DNA from: a virus
Virus record (IMG/VR): IMGVR_UViG_3300036770_004732
Coordinates: 1-64,000 of that record
Strand: one strand, 5' to 3'
DNA length: 64,000 nt
Both the position numbers and the translations under genes were made by a program. The notes under the pieces are model-generated. The model was not told where the DNA came from and ran no database searches. It was given only the letters and a program-made list of their open reading frames with translations. Positions 29,701-38,049 of the stretch are shown piece after piece. Every line of letters starts with the position of its first letter. Positions within the stretch are counted from its first letter, which is position 1.

Positions 29701-29921
29701 AGACCTTGAAGACCTTGAAGACCTTGAAGACCTTGAGTTCCTTGAGTACCTTGAAAATTACTTAAAGCACCTTGGAGACCTTGTGCTCCTTGAGCACCTT
29801 GAGCACCAAATTTTTCACCGGTGTCACCATTTATTGCATCACCATAAGCAACCATACCTTTAAAGAAAGTTACCTTTTCGTTAAAATAAGACTCGTTACC
29901 AGTTACTGTAATATCTGCCAT
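23742..29921 (-). CDS. 2059-aa fibre: about 770-aa Gly-X-Gln collagen domain plus large C-terminal globular/beta-helix region
   Basis: GXQ repeats, then IYVSQNGNDNNTG...KRTIKSA...IKVFPGTYLE beta-helix cap motif and repeated Ig-like modules. Confidence 0.9.
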   Translation of the reverse strand: MADITVTGNESYFNEKVTFFKGMVAYGDAINGDTGEKFGAQGAQGAQGLQGALSNFQGTQGTQGLQGLQGLQGLQGLQGALSNFQGTQGTQGAQGLQGSLNNFQGTQGTQGLQGLQGLQGLQGLQGLQGLQGLQGLQGLQGLQGLQGLQGLQGLQGLQGLQGTLSNFQGTQGLQGLQGLQGLQGLQGLQGLQGPLSNFQGTQGLQGTQGRQGTQGLQGLQGLQGLQGPLSNFQGTQGLQGTQGLQGRQGTQGLQGRQGTQGLQGPLSNFQGTQGLQGRQGTQGAQGTQGAQGTQGRQGTQGTQGLQGDQGTQGTQGLQGLQGALNDFQGTQGAQGTQGAQGTQGTQGLQGAQGRQGTQGVGDQGTQGLQGLQGSLSNFQGTQGLQGLQGLQGLQGTQGLQGLQGTQGLQGTLSNFQGTQGLQGLQGTQGAQGAQGLQGLQGLQGSLSNFQGTQGLQGLQGRQGTQGVGDQGTQGTLSNFQGTQGLQGLQGLQGLQGLSNQGVQGSLSNFQGTQGLQGLQGVGDQGDQGTQGIQGPLSNFQGTQGRQGLQGTQGRQGLQGTQGRQGLQGTQGTQGLQGNQGLQGLQGLQGSLNDFQGTQGTQGLQGRQGRQGLQGLQGLQGPLSNFQGTQGLQGLQGLQGLQGIQGLQGLQGLQGLQGLQGLQGRQGTQGLQGTQGLQGTQGLQGTQGLQGLQGLQGLQGPLSNFQGTQGLQGTQGLQGTQGLQGLQGTQGRQGIQGTQGPQGTQGSQGTQGLQGIQGIQGLQGTQGLQGLQGTQGLQGIQGLQGIQGLQGTQGAQGTQGAQGTQGTQGLQGPIGNNNIDVRPYYENNITYPTFSTTTNASISSVFTNPEKLVFDPVSGSIGIGTSTITNTLTVVGTATATDYYGGGINLVGIVTQLIPGIGVDISSSQDFGKGAVTVDAYKPVGKTIYVSQNGNDNNTGLAENYPKRTIKSAASVAVFGDTIKVFPGTYLEDNPIVLAKTVSVEGTELRNCVITPLNRDRDLFYVNNGCHVTDLSFISAPMTDGAAVISLQPLEGVSSDRFFDAARMIRYNLDYIAQESVGFLTSGFSGFAGSHREQDAARLIDLNKDFIAAETIGFLTSTDYKNPAFTVVNSSGIATDPVNCEDDIKSIIDAISYDLKAGSNKKSIGAGLSYYSSEGTLLHITGNDLNGYSVKEATIDAINYAIGIATHVIDNTDYASLSGVTTYSSLVQDFSYSPILVPGGCVGVVSTIQNRAGIITNILGDFNYSVGVTTIYGVTLESQDCADDVKDIWKCIIHDITRGGNSKCVGAGKSYYDDNWNLIPQILKNPEEVQQTIATLNYSYEISRAVINNVTWGGYPVGLGTTVIDAEYDNITGITTITAINHGLSKNDSVKIIGLGFTCPSGPLTLTYPTGSYGYIFNVNKVVGINTFEVVVGQSTLPHTYVSGGSVQKYTNFQNDFTQVKDLSMQVDPDTGFNNAINGCANVVSAIHSCVGVVTTIVGLGSQSGITTSYPGNRGTGFTTVVGITSAVYNETSGKTTLKAPGLSVKVGDMVEIRDLLFSCSSSGSISTQRFPSGYYGYEFYVNKVYSDNSFDVYTGVSTIPHNYVSGGYAINRAIGITSASYDHLSGITTIVAPGLNVKVNDIISLRDLEFSCLSGSGTTTIYPTGNNGYNFRVLSVVGTGTTFTVNVGTAPMAHSYVSGGVVKPPYSRGVGPITQGPYIRNCTNFIGDSIGMRVDGFNAEPGDQDDIGVTGTMSVDSYTQYNQGGIGVSITNGAYSQLVSIFTICDDIGIFTKSGGQCDITNSNCSFGNYGLVSDGVGDYESKSIYRYTGEVLEEPEEDTAVIVVSGVGKNRPYDGQAIYFGELYYQVNSINVIDGGSGYDPNNPPTVTLGDPEGPNGITAEASANVNQSGQITSIDIISNGSQYLNPPSIVIDGGATAEAVMYPLYYNIESATLPISGISTITLTQNLNNIVSVGTTVYFSRLSLQIATSISLEWVGSGTNINSAKPALGGVSIQENEVDMRNGGQVVYTSTNQSGNFQIGEGIVINQLTGTISGRAFNQSLLNTVTPLIIALG
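27485..29806. repeat. About 2.3 kb of 9-bp tandem coding repeats (collagen domain)
   Basis: Same repeat unit and same 21-nt interruption as in the 697-aa gene. Confidence 0.95.
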
Positions 29922-29922
29922 A

Positions 29923-30663
29923 TCATGTTTCCGTTATTACAGAATTTAATGAGTCTCTAAAATCTTCAGCGGATTGTAATGTATGAATCGTAGAATCTAC
30001 AATTTGATCAATTGGAAGATTAGATTTCAAATTATTTGTTGCTAATTTTGCAGCACCAAAAATCAAAGATCCTGGACCACCAGAAAGGGCATCTTTTGCA
30101 CCAATAGCAATATCTTGAGCTGTTCCAATAACATCTGGTAAACCTGCCATAAAAGTACTACTAATAATATCTCCACCAACAAAACTTCCAGCAAATGATA
30201 ATGCACCAAAACTATTTGGAATCAAATTTCCTAGTAATCCATCAGCCTCACATTTATTACCCTTAAGTAAAACTCTTGATTTTCCACTTATATTGATATT
30301 TCTTCCGGCTTTTAAATCAATATCCTCATCTGCTTCGATAACAATATTTTTACCTTTTATTTTCACTGAACCATTTCTCATTGCAGTGATTGTAACATCA
30401 CCACTTACTCCAGCAATTACAATGTCTACACCATCACTAGAATCTTTATTTCCCCCAATAAACTCAATTGCTCTATCATTCCATATTCTATAAGTACCAC
30501 ATTCAGTTAATCCTGAAAAGTTTATATCTTTCTTATCAGTTGTTGCATATAATGCATAAACATTTGTTCCATTTCCACCCATTTGTGGATTGTTTGTATC
30601 AATCCTAAATTTAGGACCATAACTGCATATATCTCTTCGTTCCCAATTTTGCTTTCTTGGCAT
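29923..30663 (-). CDS. gp5 C-terminal-like spike/beta-helix protein
   Basis: VKIKGKNIVIEADEDIDLKAGRNINISG repeats typical of gp5/VgrG needle; directly follows gp5. Confidence 0.65.
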   Translation of the reverse strand: MPRKQNWERRDICSYGPKFRIDTNNPQMGGNGTNVYALYATTDKKDINFSGLTECGTYRIWNDRAIEFIGGNKDSSDGVDIVIAGVSGDVTITAMRNGSVKIKGKNIVIEADEDIDLKAGRNINISGKSRVLLKGNKCEADGLLGNLIPNSFGALSFAGSFVGGDIISSTFMAGLPDVIGTAQDIAIGAKDALSGGPGSLIFGAAKLATNNLKSNLPIDQIVDSTIHTLQSAEDFRDSLNSVITET

Positions 30664-30664
30664 T

Positions 30665-32845
30665 TTATGTGATACAATCTTTTACAAACTTGGTTTCTCT
30701 TATAGAAGATTCATTTGATCTAATTACTTCAATTGGCAATTTATCTAAAATTGGGTTTAAAATAGCACCAGTGCCAGTTTCAGATTCAATGGTAATTATC
30801 GGCAAATCTTCAACAACAATATAGTTATTTATTATTAATCGTGGAGTTGATAATGTTGTAGGTGTTGTAATTGAATCTGAAATGATATTATCATCAACAC
30901 CCAAAACATCTTCAAGACTATCAATACTAACACTAACTATTGATCCATCTTCATCAACGGCAATTGAGTATTGATTTCCAAAATCATCAAATCCTTTATC
31001 TGTTGACTGATATCCAAATCCAGACTGTTCAATGTAAACATTAGAAACATAATTTGGTATTTGTGCTGGATTTGTTTCTGCAATTTCTTCAGCAGTATTA
31101 ATATTGACATTTCCTATTGGATAATTTTCCCCCTCAGATACCATATAAACATCAACCACTTCACCATTTTCGTCAATTACAGTTCTTGCAACAGCACCAT
31201 ATCCTTGTTCACAATCATCAACAATTTCTACAAATGGTGGATATTTATATTTTTTACCTCTTTTCTTAAGTTTTATACCAATGACACTTGCAGTTATAAC
31301 TTCAGATGAGTCTGTAGAAAATGATCCAAGAATAGCTTCTGCTTCTGCACCTTCTCCAGATCCTCCAAATATTTTAACTTTTGGTGCAGAGCAACTTGTT
31401 CGTTGCTGCGTATAGCATCCACCAACATCACTTTCATTTTGTATATTTTTTGTTTTTTCCGAAAAAATATCCCACCCAGATTTAATATCTTTAACACCAT
31501 CAACTACATCTGCAATTGCATTTGCAGTATTCATATTTTTAAGAATACTTGCAAATTTTACAGCATCTTCGCCAGCATCAACAATTCCTATTCCGATTGT
31601 CCATTCTTCAACACCACCCACAGATTTATTTTTATTTTGATTGACATCAAACAATCCACCAATTGATCTTATAGCACTTACTCCGCTTCTTAGAAAATTA
31701 CCTACACTAGAAACACCAAAAGATACAAATTGCAATATTTTCATTATTCCTTCTAAAGGAGAAGAAATTGCACTTTGTATTTTTCCAATAATGTCATTTA
31801 ATAAAGATCCTACAAATTGATCCCCAACACAAGATCTAAAATATCTGACATTTTTTACAACATCAGTTAACATACTCTCAACAGTTTTGAATATACTATT
31901 AGCAACAATACCTGCTATTTTTGGAATGTATGACTCAAGTAACTTTACAGGTATAACCATTGCTTTTTGTGCCGCGACACCAGCCAAATGAGCGACGGCT
32001 GGGTTTTGTGTAGCAGCAAGAACAGCAGCATAAACTGCTTTATATAATGCTTCTAATCCTTTTTGTATTAAAGGAATTAATTTATTATATAAAGAATTAA
32101 TTGCCTGCCCAACAAATCCATTTGAAATACCAACAATTTTATCTACAGACCTACTAATCTCTGGTTTTACATTTTGGATTTTATTTGTTACGTCATTAAC
32201 TTTTTGTAATAGATTATTAACTTCCGCTCCAATTCCTTTTGCAACAGTATCATTACTTGAGTTACCAAGTACAATTTTTTTACCTACTCCAGAAAAATAA
32301 AATACTTCATCCTTTGCTTCACTTTTTTGATTTAACTTACTTATAATTTCTGGTGTTACATCTCTTGGAGATTTTTGAGAATTGCTTTTTTCTTCACTCG
32401 ATTCAGATTTATATAAAGTTCCATTTGGTGGTGGTATTCTTTCAGTATAACCAGTAAAAGGCACAAATGGAGACCTAAAACTTGTACTAGGCACTTGATC
32501 TGTTCTACCAAAACAACCAATAATAACTGGTATTTGAGCATTATCACCATCTAAAAAGAATCCAAGTACAGTATCCCCAGGTCTTAGTTTTGGATTAACT
32601 GCATAATTTGCTGCACCACTTCCCGATGTTGGTGGCATGAGAACTTGTGCCCAAGGAAGATCATCATTTGAAAGTTCCGCTGTACTATAAGGATGATAAC
32701 CTAAAATTCTAACCTTTGTTCTATTTCCCCATCCACCACCATTTGCTTGAGTTTTTTGCGCTTCAATAGGTGGAATCTGTCCAATCCACCATCTAAACCC
32801 ATCTCTCCCTATAAAATTACTTTTAAGTATTGACTCGTCAATCAT
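30665..32845 (-). CDS. gp5: Baseplate hub subunit gp5 (N-terminal OB fold)
   Basis: FRWWIGQI...RTKVRILGYH...LPWAQV...GDTVLGFFLDGDNAQIPVIIG. Confidence 0.85.
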   Translation of the reverse strand: MIDESILKSNFIGRDGFRWWIGQIPPIEAQKTQANGGGWGNRTKVRILGYHPYSTAELSNDDLPWAQVLMPPTSGSGAANYAVNPKLRPGDTVLGFFLDGDNAQIPVIIGCFGRTDQVPSTSFRSPFVPFTGYTERIPPPNGTLYKSESSEEKSNSQKSPRDVTPEIISKLNQKSEAKDEVFYFSGVGKKIVLGNSSNDTVAKGIGAEVNNLLQKVNDVTNKIQNVKPEISRSVDKIVGISNGFVGQAINSLYNKLIPLIQKGLEALYKAVYAAVLAATQNPAVAHLAGVAAQKAMVIPVKLLESYIPKIAGIVANSIFKTVESMLTDVVKNVRYFRSCVGDQFVGSLLNDIIGKIQSAISSPLEGIMKILQFVSFGVSSVGNFLRSGVSAIRSIGGLFDVNQNKNKSVGGVEEWTIGIGIVDAGEDAVKFASILKNMNTANAIADVVDGVKDIKSGWDIFSEKTKNIQNESDVGGCYTQQRTSCSAPKVKIFGGSGEGAEAEAILGSFSTDSSEVITASVIGIKLKKRGKKYKYPPFVEIVDDCEQGYGAVARTVIDENGEVVDVYMVSEGENYPIGNVNINTAEEIAETNPAQIPNYVSNVYIEQSGFGYQSTDKGFDDFGNQYSIAVDEDGSIVSVSIDSLEDVLGVDDNIISDSITTPTTLSTPRLIINNYIVVEDLPIITIESETGTGAILNPILDKLPIEVIRSNESSIRETKFVKDCIT

Positions 32846-34164
32846 TTTTTCTGTCCGAAGGTATCTCTGATTAGTTTCATAGAGGTATAAGAACTTTCAG
32901 TATCAAAATGGTGACATAATTCCTTTATCATATATAGTCCACTTGTTTCCTGGTCAAATTCTTTTTTATCAGAACTGCTAATTTTTGGAAAATTACATTC
33001 AATTATATTTCCAGCACTTAAATTTGTGTTTAGGGGAACTATTATATTTAATTGTTGAGTAAACAGACTGTTATATCTCATCAAAGATTGTGATTGATAC
33101 TTCTGAGGATCAGAATTTTTATCCGTAGATACATTTTGCTCTAATGTTCCAACATCTAATATTTGAGTGATCATTCTTGAAGGAATATCTCCAAGAGTCT
33201 GATCAGAACCATCAGAAACTTTTGGTAATTTTAATCTATCGCCAAGATTCTCAGTTGACTTTACATAATCACTTTGCTTGAATAACCCTTCTTCTGGATT
33301 TGAAAATTTAAAGTCCAAGGGATTGAAAAACATTCTATGACTTGCATATGTCCCTAGTCTTAATTTTTCAATTAAATTTTGATTTCGATCAATAAAATAA
33401 TTCAGAATCTTAAAGTCATTATTAATTTTACCACTATCTGAATAAGATTCAACTGCTTCACTGTAAATATAAGTTGCCTTTGATTTTTCTTTATTCATTT
33501 CATCAATAGATCTAAAATTAAATCCATCTTTTGTTTGATAGAATAGAAATCCTGCTGTACCATCTTTAGATTCTACTGGTACAGATTTAGACGCTAACCA
33601 AGTTAAAATCGTAAATGGTTTTCTCATATTTCCAATAAAACCATACTTATTAGAAGTCTTATCAATTTTACCAATTTTATTTGATCTTAATACTTCCTTT
33701 AAAATCTTCTCTACAGACCCATCAATACTTAATGTTGTTGGATACTTTCTTGTAACTCTTACAGTTTCATTTGTAATTGCTTCCCTTGGAACTAAATGCA
33801 ACGTAAAACTTTCTTTCTGTGTTTCTGCAATTACATCAGTAATACTTGAAACATAAAAATAGTTTTCAACTTTGCTTGCAAAATCTAAAGCAATATTTGT
33901 TCTCGTATTTGGTTTCATTTTAAGTGCTAATCTTTCACCACCTCTCAGAGGAAGCCCGTTATATAATGATTGTTTGCTGATATCTTTTTCAGTGGAGGCA
34001 GAATTTCCAGTGTTTACTATTTTTAATTTTGCAGTAACAATAGGTGAAAATATATCTTCATAATATTCAAATGCTACAATAGATGTTCTTAGATCAATTC
34101 TCTGTTTTTGATCATTTGATTCTATTAATACTGTATCGTATATGGACTTTGTTGCTGCTTCCAT
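32842..34164 (-). CDS. Baseplate hub / tail protein (gp27-like)
   Basis: YYEDIFSP, FLFYQTKDGFNFRSID, SGLYMIKELCHHF motifs; position upstream of gp5. Confidence 0.7.
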   Translation of the reverse strand: MEAATKSIYDTVLIESNDQKQRIDLRTSIVAFEYYEDIFSPIVTAKLKIVNTGNSASTEKDISKQSLYNGLPLRGGERLALKMKPNTRTNIALDFASKVENYFYVSSITDVIAETQKESFTLHLVPREAITNETVRVTRKYPTTLSIDGSVEKILKEVLRSNKIGKIDKTSNKYGFIGNMRKPFTILTWLASKSVPVESKDGTAGFLFYQTKDGFNFRSIDEMNKEKSKATYIYSEAVESYSDSGKINNDFKILNYFIDRNQNLIEKLRLGTYASHRMFFNPLDFKFSNPEEGLFKQSDYVKSTENLGDRLKLPKVSDGSDQTLGDIPSRMITQILDVGTLEQNVSTDKNSDPQKYQSQSLMRYNSLFTQQLNIIVPLNTNLSAGNIIECNFPKISSSDKKEFDQETSGLYMIKELCHHFDTESSYTSMKLIRDTFGQKK

Positions 34165-36152
34165 TAGAGGTAATTAAAATCTAAGAGTAATTTTTGTTTC
34201 ATAAATTTATTTAACAGATCAAACTCAGCAATTTGACCAGAAACACCACCACCATAAGATTTTTGAGATCCTACAGAAACTGATGGTTGTTGTGCAGATG
34301 ATCTGTCATCAATAAAAAGAAACTGCTGTCCCATTCTTTCAGTTGTTACCGAATCAGCAACTGCTCTTTGTTGTTGTGACACCGCAGAAGAAATCTGTGG
34401 TTGTTGTGCAGCAGGAGTTACTTCCTTTTCTGATGGAATTTTTGCAAGTTGAGGAGAAACCTGACTCGCTTTTGATCCTGCAGCACCATGAGATACGGTG
34501 ATTCCTCCACTTCCTATAATTTCTGCTTCTCTACCATAACCACCACGATAGTAAACTTCACCAACAGCAAAAGGGAACTTAGTTGCAGATCCTGGTTGTG
34601 AAGGAAATGTTTGTTTTGTTTTTGGATTGTGCTCTTGAATATCAACTCCTGCACTACTTCTTGCACCATGTGCTCTTTGCTCCGCAGCAATCAATGCTTT
34701 TAATTCAGAATCTGATACATTACTGTAAACATCCTTTTTAATATTTCCAAAGTGAACCCAAGATCCTCTAGCAAACATTGCTTTTACTGCTTGGAAGGAA
34801 ACTTCTCTAATGTTTGCCAATTGTGCTGCAGATGGATTTGTAGTTTTTGCATCAATGTGGAAGTGAGTTGCATAGGTAGTATCACCACCACTTCCGGATC
34901 CACCTTGAATAAATCCACCAGATCCAGTCTGAGGAATCAAATTCATTGTTCCTGTAGATGTTGGTCTTGGTGGTGCAGATGAAGATTGCTGTTTTACTTG
35001 AGCAAGGACAGATTTTACCTTTTCTGGTTTAAGAGAACTACTTTGTCCGGAATATGAGAAATTTCCATACGCATTAGGTAATGCTGCCCATACATCCGCC
35101 AAACCTTGCATGAAGTCTTCGGTTTTCATTTTACCAGATAACCAAGAATTACCTCCTTTTCCTTCAATGAGTTTTACTGCAAGAACATCTTGAACTTGTG
35201 GACTAAAAACTGTGTTCTCATTATATCCAGCCGCTTTTGCTCTTCCAAGAAGAAATTGTGGCATTTGTTGATATCGACCAGAAGCACCGGGAGCAGTTCT
35301 AGCAATTTCGCCAATAGTCATTTGACTCAATCCAGGTCTAACTCCCCCAGGAGCACCATTTTGAGCATCATAACCATTATTTTTTTTATCTGTTGATGAT
35401 TCGACCGAATGTATTAAATCAAGTAAAGGTTTCCATCTTCCACCACCACTTCCACCCCCAGGAGTAGGTGCTGGAACTCCTGAAGATTCAGTATCAGGTT
35501 GTTGTTCCCCAGTAGAAGGTATATCAACCTCCCCAGTTGGTTCTAAAAGTGCTTTAAATCCGTCTGCAATTTGTGTTCCTAATAACTCTACCGTACTAGT
35601 CAATTCCGAAAATGAATTTCTTATATCACCAGAAGAATCAGTAAAATCTAAGTTACGTATATCTCTACTAATAAAACCTAATGTTGTACCAAATGATTGA
35701 AGAATTCGGTACATTGTTTGTGGTATAGAGTATATAATTTCTCCCGCTTTTTTCATTCTTGCAATGAATTCTTTTCCCATTGCAATCCAGGTAGGGAGAT
35801 TCTCTAAAATCCATCCCGCTCCAAGATAACCAAGAAAGGATAAGATTCTACTAAGAGGCCCTTGACTACTGGAAGATGCAACTCTTAGTCCAGACTGAAA
35901 ATTTGTTGTTACTTTTGATGCCTCTATTTGATCCTCATATTCTTTTCTTTTTGTTGCCTCTTTTCTTCTTCTTTCTATTATTTGATTTTTAAAGAATAAA
36001 TCACTTCTTACTTTAGTTTTTGTTTCTATTATTTTTTGAATTCTACCAATTGTTACATTAGAACTTGTTAAAGTAGAACGAGTACTAGATATTGATTTTG
36101 ATATTAAATTAATACTAGATGTTTGAGATATAACTTCTGCGGTTGCTGCCAT
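34164..36152 (-). CDS. Tail/baseplate protein with lysozyme-like domain and putative M23-like peptidase domain
   Basis: LLDLIHSVES...MTIGEI...ASGRYQ...FSPQVQD...WAALP lysozyme-like motifs; HFH, GVDI, GGYG motifs downstream. Confidence 0.75.
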   Translation of the reverse strand: MAATAEVISQTSSINLISKSISSTRSTLTSSNVTIGRIQKIIETKTKVRSDLFFKNQIIERRRKEATKRKEYEDQIEASKVTTNFQSGLRVASSSSQGPLSRILSFLGYLGAGWILENLPTWIAMGKEFIARMKKAGEIIYSIPQTMYRILQSFGTTLGFISRDIRNLDFTDSSGDIRNSFSELTSTVELLGTQIADGFKALLEPTGEVDIPSTGEQQPDTESSGVPAPTPGGGSGGGRWKPLLDLIHSVESSTDKKNNGYDAQNGAPGGVRPGLSQMTIGEIARTAPGASGRYQQMPQFLLGRAKAAGYNENTVFSPQVQDVLAVKLIEGKGGNSWLSGKMKTEDFMQGLADVWAALPNAYGNFSYSGQSSSLKPEKVKSVLAQVKQQSSSAPPRPTSTGTMNLIPQTGSGGFIQGGSGSGGDTTYATHFHIDAKTTNPSAAQLANIREVSFQAVKAMFARGSWVHFGNIKKDVYSNVSDSELKALIAAEQRAHGARSSAGVDIQEHNPKTKQTFPSQPGSATKFPFAVGEVYYRGGYGREAEIIGSGGITVSHGAAGSKASQVSPQLAKIPSEKEVTPAAQQPQISSAVSQQQRAVADSVTTERMGQQFLFIDDRSSAQQPSVSVGSQKSYGGGVSGQIAEFDLLNKFMKQKLLLDFNYL

Positions 36153-36153
36153 C

Positions 36154-37878
36154 TTAGATCACCACATTATAGCAGGAATATGAATATAATGTATAAAAAT
36201 TATCTGGATTAGATGAACGAATCATAGGAACATCAGTCAAAGGCCCATTTGTTGAAGTTTGATTCATTTGAGCACCTTGTTGTTGAGAAGATCCAGAAGA
36301 TGCATAAATGATATTTGGTTTTGGTTCTGGGAGTTCTCCAACATTAGGTGTTTGTGTCGGAACACTTTGAATTTGTGCTGGTTGTATTGGTGAAGTTTTT
36401 GGAGGTATATTTTCTTCTGATTTTAAATTATTATAATTTTCTAGGAAATTGTCAGTATTTCCAGGTTTAAATGTGGACGATGCATCAAAACTTAATTCTT
36501 TATTTCCAGGTAACATTGCTTGATTGGGTTTTACTTCGTTATCAGGAGGTTTTTCTGCAATTGTACTTGAAAAATCAAAAGTATTATTTGCAGAAAGATT
36601 AAATGTATTTGAATAATCTGGAAAATTTATTTTTGGTTCTGAAACCATTTCTTGTTGTGGAGATGGTTTTAATGCTTCAGTTTTTTGTGTTGCTATTGAC
36701 TCTGCATTTGCAGGCAAAACTAATGGTTGTGCAGGTTTTGCCTCTGCTTGAGGTTGTTGCTTATTTAACGATTGTGTAGGTTTTGCTTCTTGTTGAGGTT
36801 GTGATTGATTTCCGAAAAACTTATCATAAATTCCTTTGCCAAAATCTGCAGATGGACTATAAGCAAGAGCACTTGAAACCACACCACTTCCAGGAATAGG
36901 TAATAAAGATCCTGCAGCAAATGCCGCTGCTGATCCAATCATACCCGTAGTTGCTCCTGCAACTGCACGACCAGGATCTTCACCAGATGCAATATCAATA
37001 CCTGTCATTGCAGATCCAACTAGTAATGGTGCTGCTAATCCTCTTATAAAGTTTCCTGCTCCACTTGCCATACCCTTAACTGCACCACCAAGTCCACCAC
37101 CAGGAGGTTTTGCTCCTCCTGGTGGTTTTGCTCCTCCTGGTGGTTTACCTCCCCCACCAGGAGTTACTATGTTCTTGATAATATTAAATGGTGCCGCTAC
37201 TGTTCTACCCAGTAACTTAGCAATTTGACTAACAGCAAACCCTAAAGAAGTTTTTAACGCTCCAATACCAAATTTTATTGCTAATATTGTTCCACCAGCA
37301 ATAGAAAGATATTTGAGAATATTATTTTTAATCTCTGTTAATCTTTCATTATTTCCTTCACCTTCCGCCTTAATATATTCAATAACTTGATTTGTTAACC
37401 ATCCACCAAAAAGATAACTAAGAGATTGCAGAACATTTCCAAATAAACTTTGCACTTTTGGTGCAAGTGCTGCAACTGGAGCAACAATTGCATTTTGTAT
37501 TTTCTTCTCTATCTCACTTTCTTTTCCAATTCTTACTTGTTCTTCTGCAAGTCTTCTTTCACTTTCTTGTTGTGCTCTCAGTATGCTTTCTTCATTTGTT
37601 GCATCCTGTTGTAATAATGTAGAAATAGTGATTAAACCAGTATTTAACTGATTTATGTCTTGTCTTATTAAATTAAGTCCACTTTGAACTTCAACTAAAG
37701 ATGCTTGATTTTGTTGAAGTGTTTGAAGATTCTTAATCTCAGTTTCACTTGGAGTTACTCCAGATAATAAATTAGTTCCTCTTATGGTTTGTCCAGATAC
37801 TGTTGTATTTCCAGCAATAACTTGCCTAGACTCTTGAGAAAGAGGAGAACTTGTAAGTGGTGTGACCTGTTCAGCCAT
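36154..37878 (-). CDS. Tape-measure-like / baseplate hub tail protein
   Basis: Coiled coil plus Gly/Ala hydrophobic segments; SSNPDNFY C-terminal motif; follows gp51. Confidence 0.65.
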   Translation of the reverse strand: MAEQVTPLTSSPLSQESRQVIAGNTTVSGQTIRGTNLLSGVTPSETEIKNLQTLQQNQASLVEVQSGLNLIRQDINQLNTGLITISTLLQQDATNEESILRAQQESERRLAEEQVRIGKESEIEKKIQNAIVAPVAALAPKVQSLFGNVLQSLSYLFGGWLTNQVIEYIKAEGEGNNERLTEIKNNILKYLSIAGGTILAIKFGIGALKTSLGFAVSQIAKLLGRTVAAPFNIIKNIVTPGGGGKPPGGAKPPGGAKPPGGGLGGAVKGMASGAGNFIRGLAAPLLVGSAMTGIDIASGEDPGRAVAGATTGMIGSAAAFAAGSLLPIPGSGVVSSALAYSPSADFGKGIYDKFFGNQSQPQQEAKPTQSLNKQQPQAEAKPAQPLVLPANAESIATQKTEALKPSPQQEMVSEPKINFPDYSNTFNLSANNTFDFSSTIAEKPPDNEVKPNQAMLPGNKELSFDASSTFKPGNTDNFLENYNNLKSEENIPPKTSPIQPAQIQSVPTQTPNVGELPEPKPNIIYASSGSSQQQGAQMNQTSTNGPLTDVPMIRSSNPDNFYTLYSYSCYNVVI

Positions 37879-38047
37879 TATTTGATCCGTTCTTTAAATT
37901 TTCCTCTTCAATATACTGTTGAAGTAGAGAAACGTACACCTCTCTCTCCCAAGGTATCATATTTTCTAAGTCTGTCAAGCTATATTTATGATGCTGAAGA
38001 AGGGCAAAATTAATCTTATAATATGACGCAAGACTTTCATGCGCCAT
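37871..38047 (-). CDS. gp51: Baseplate hub assembly catalyst gp51
   Basis: Read manually: YYKINFALLQHHKYSLTDLENMIPWEREVYVSLL; follows gp26. Confidence 0.85.
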   Translation of the reverse strand: MAHESLASYYKINFALLQHHKYSLTDLENMIPWEREVYVSLLQQYIEEENLKNGSNNG

Positions 38048-38049
38048 TG

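Noticed and set aside
21695-29806. Possible CRISPR array (recurring GAAAATTACTTAAAG unit with variable spacing)
   Set aside because: The intervening sequence is itself 9-bp repeats in a coding frame, there are no unique spacers, and no cas genes are present.
27485-29863. 792-aa plus-strand LEDLED ORF, and similar ORFs at 21662-22078, 22295-23158 and the TLKTLK frames
   Set aside because: Antisense shadows of the 9-bp collagen repeat. They are stop-free only because of repeat codon composition, and they begin and end with the repeat.
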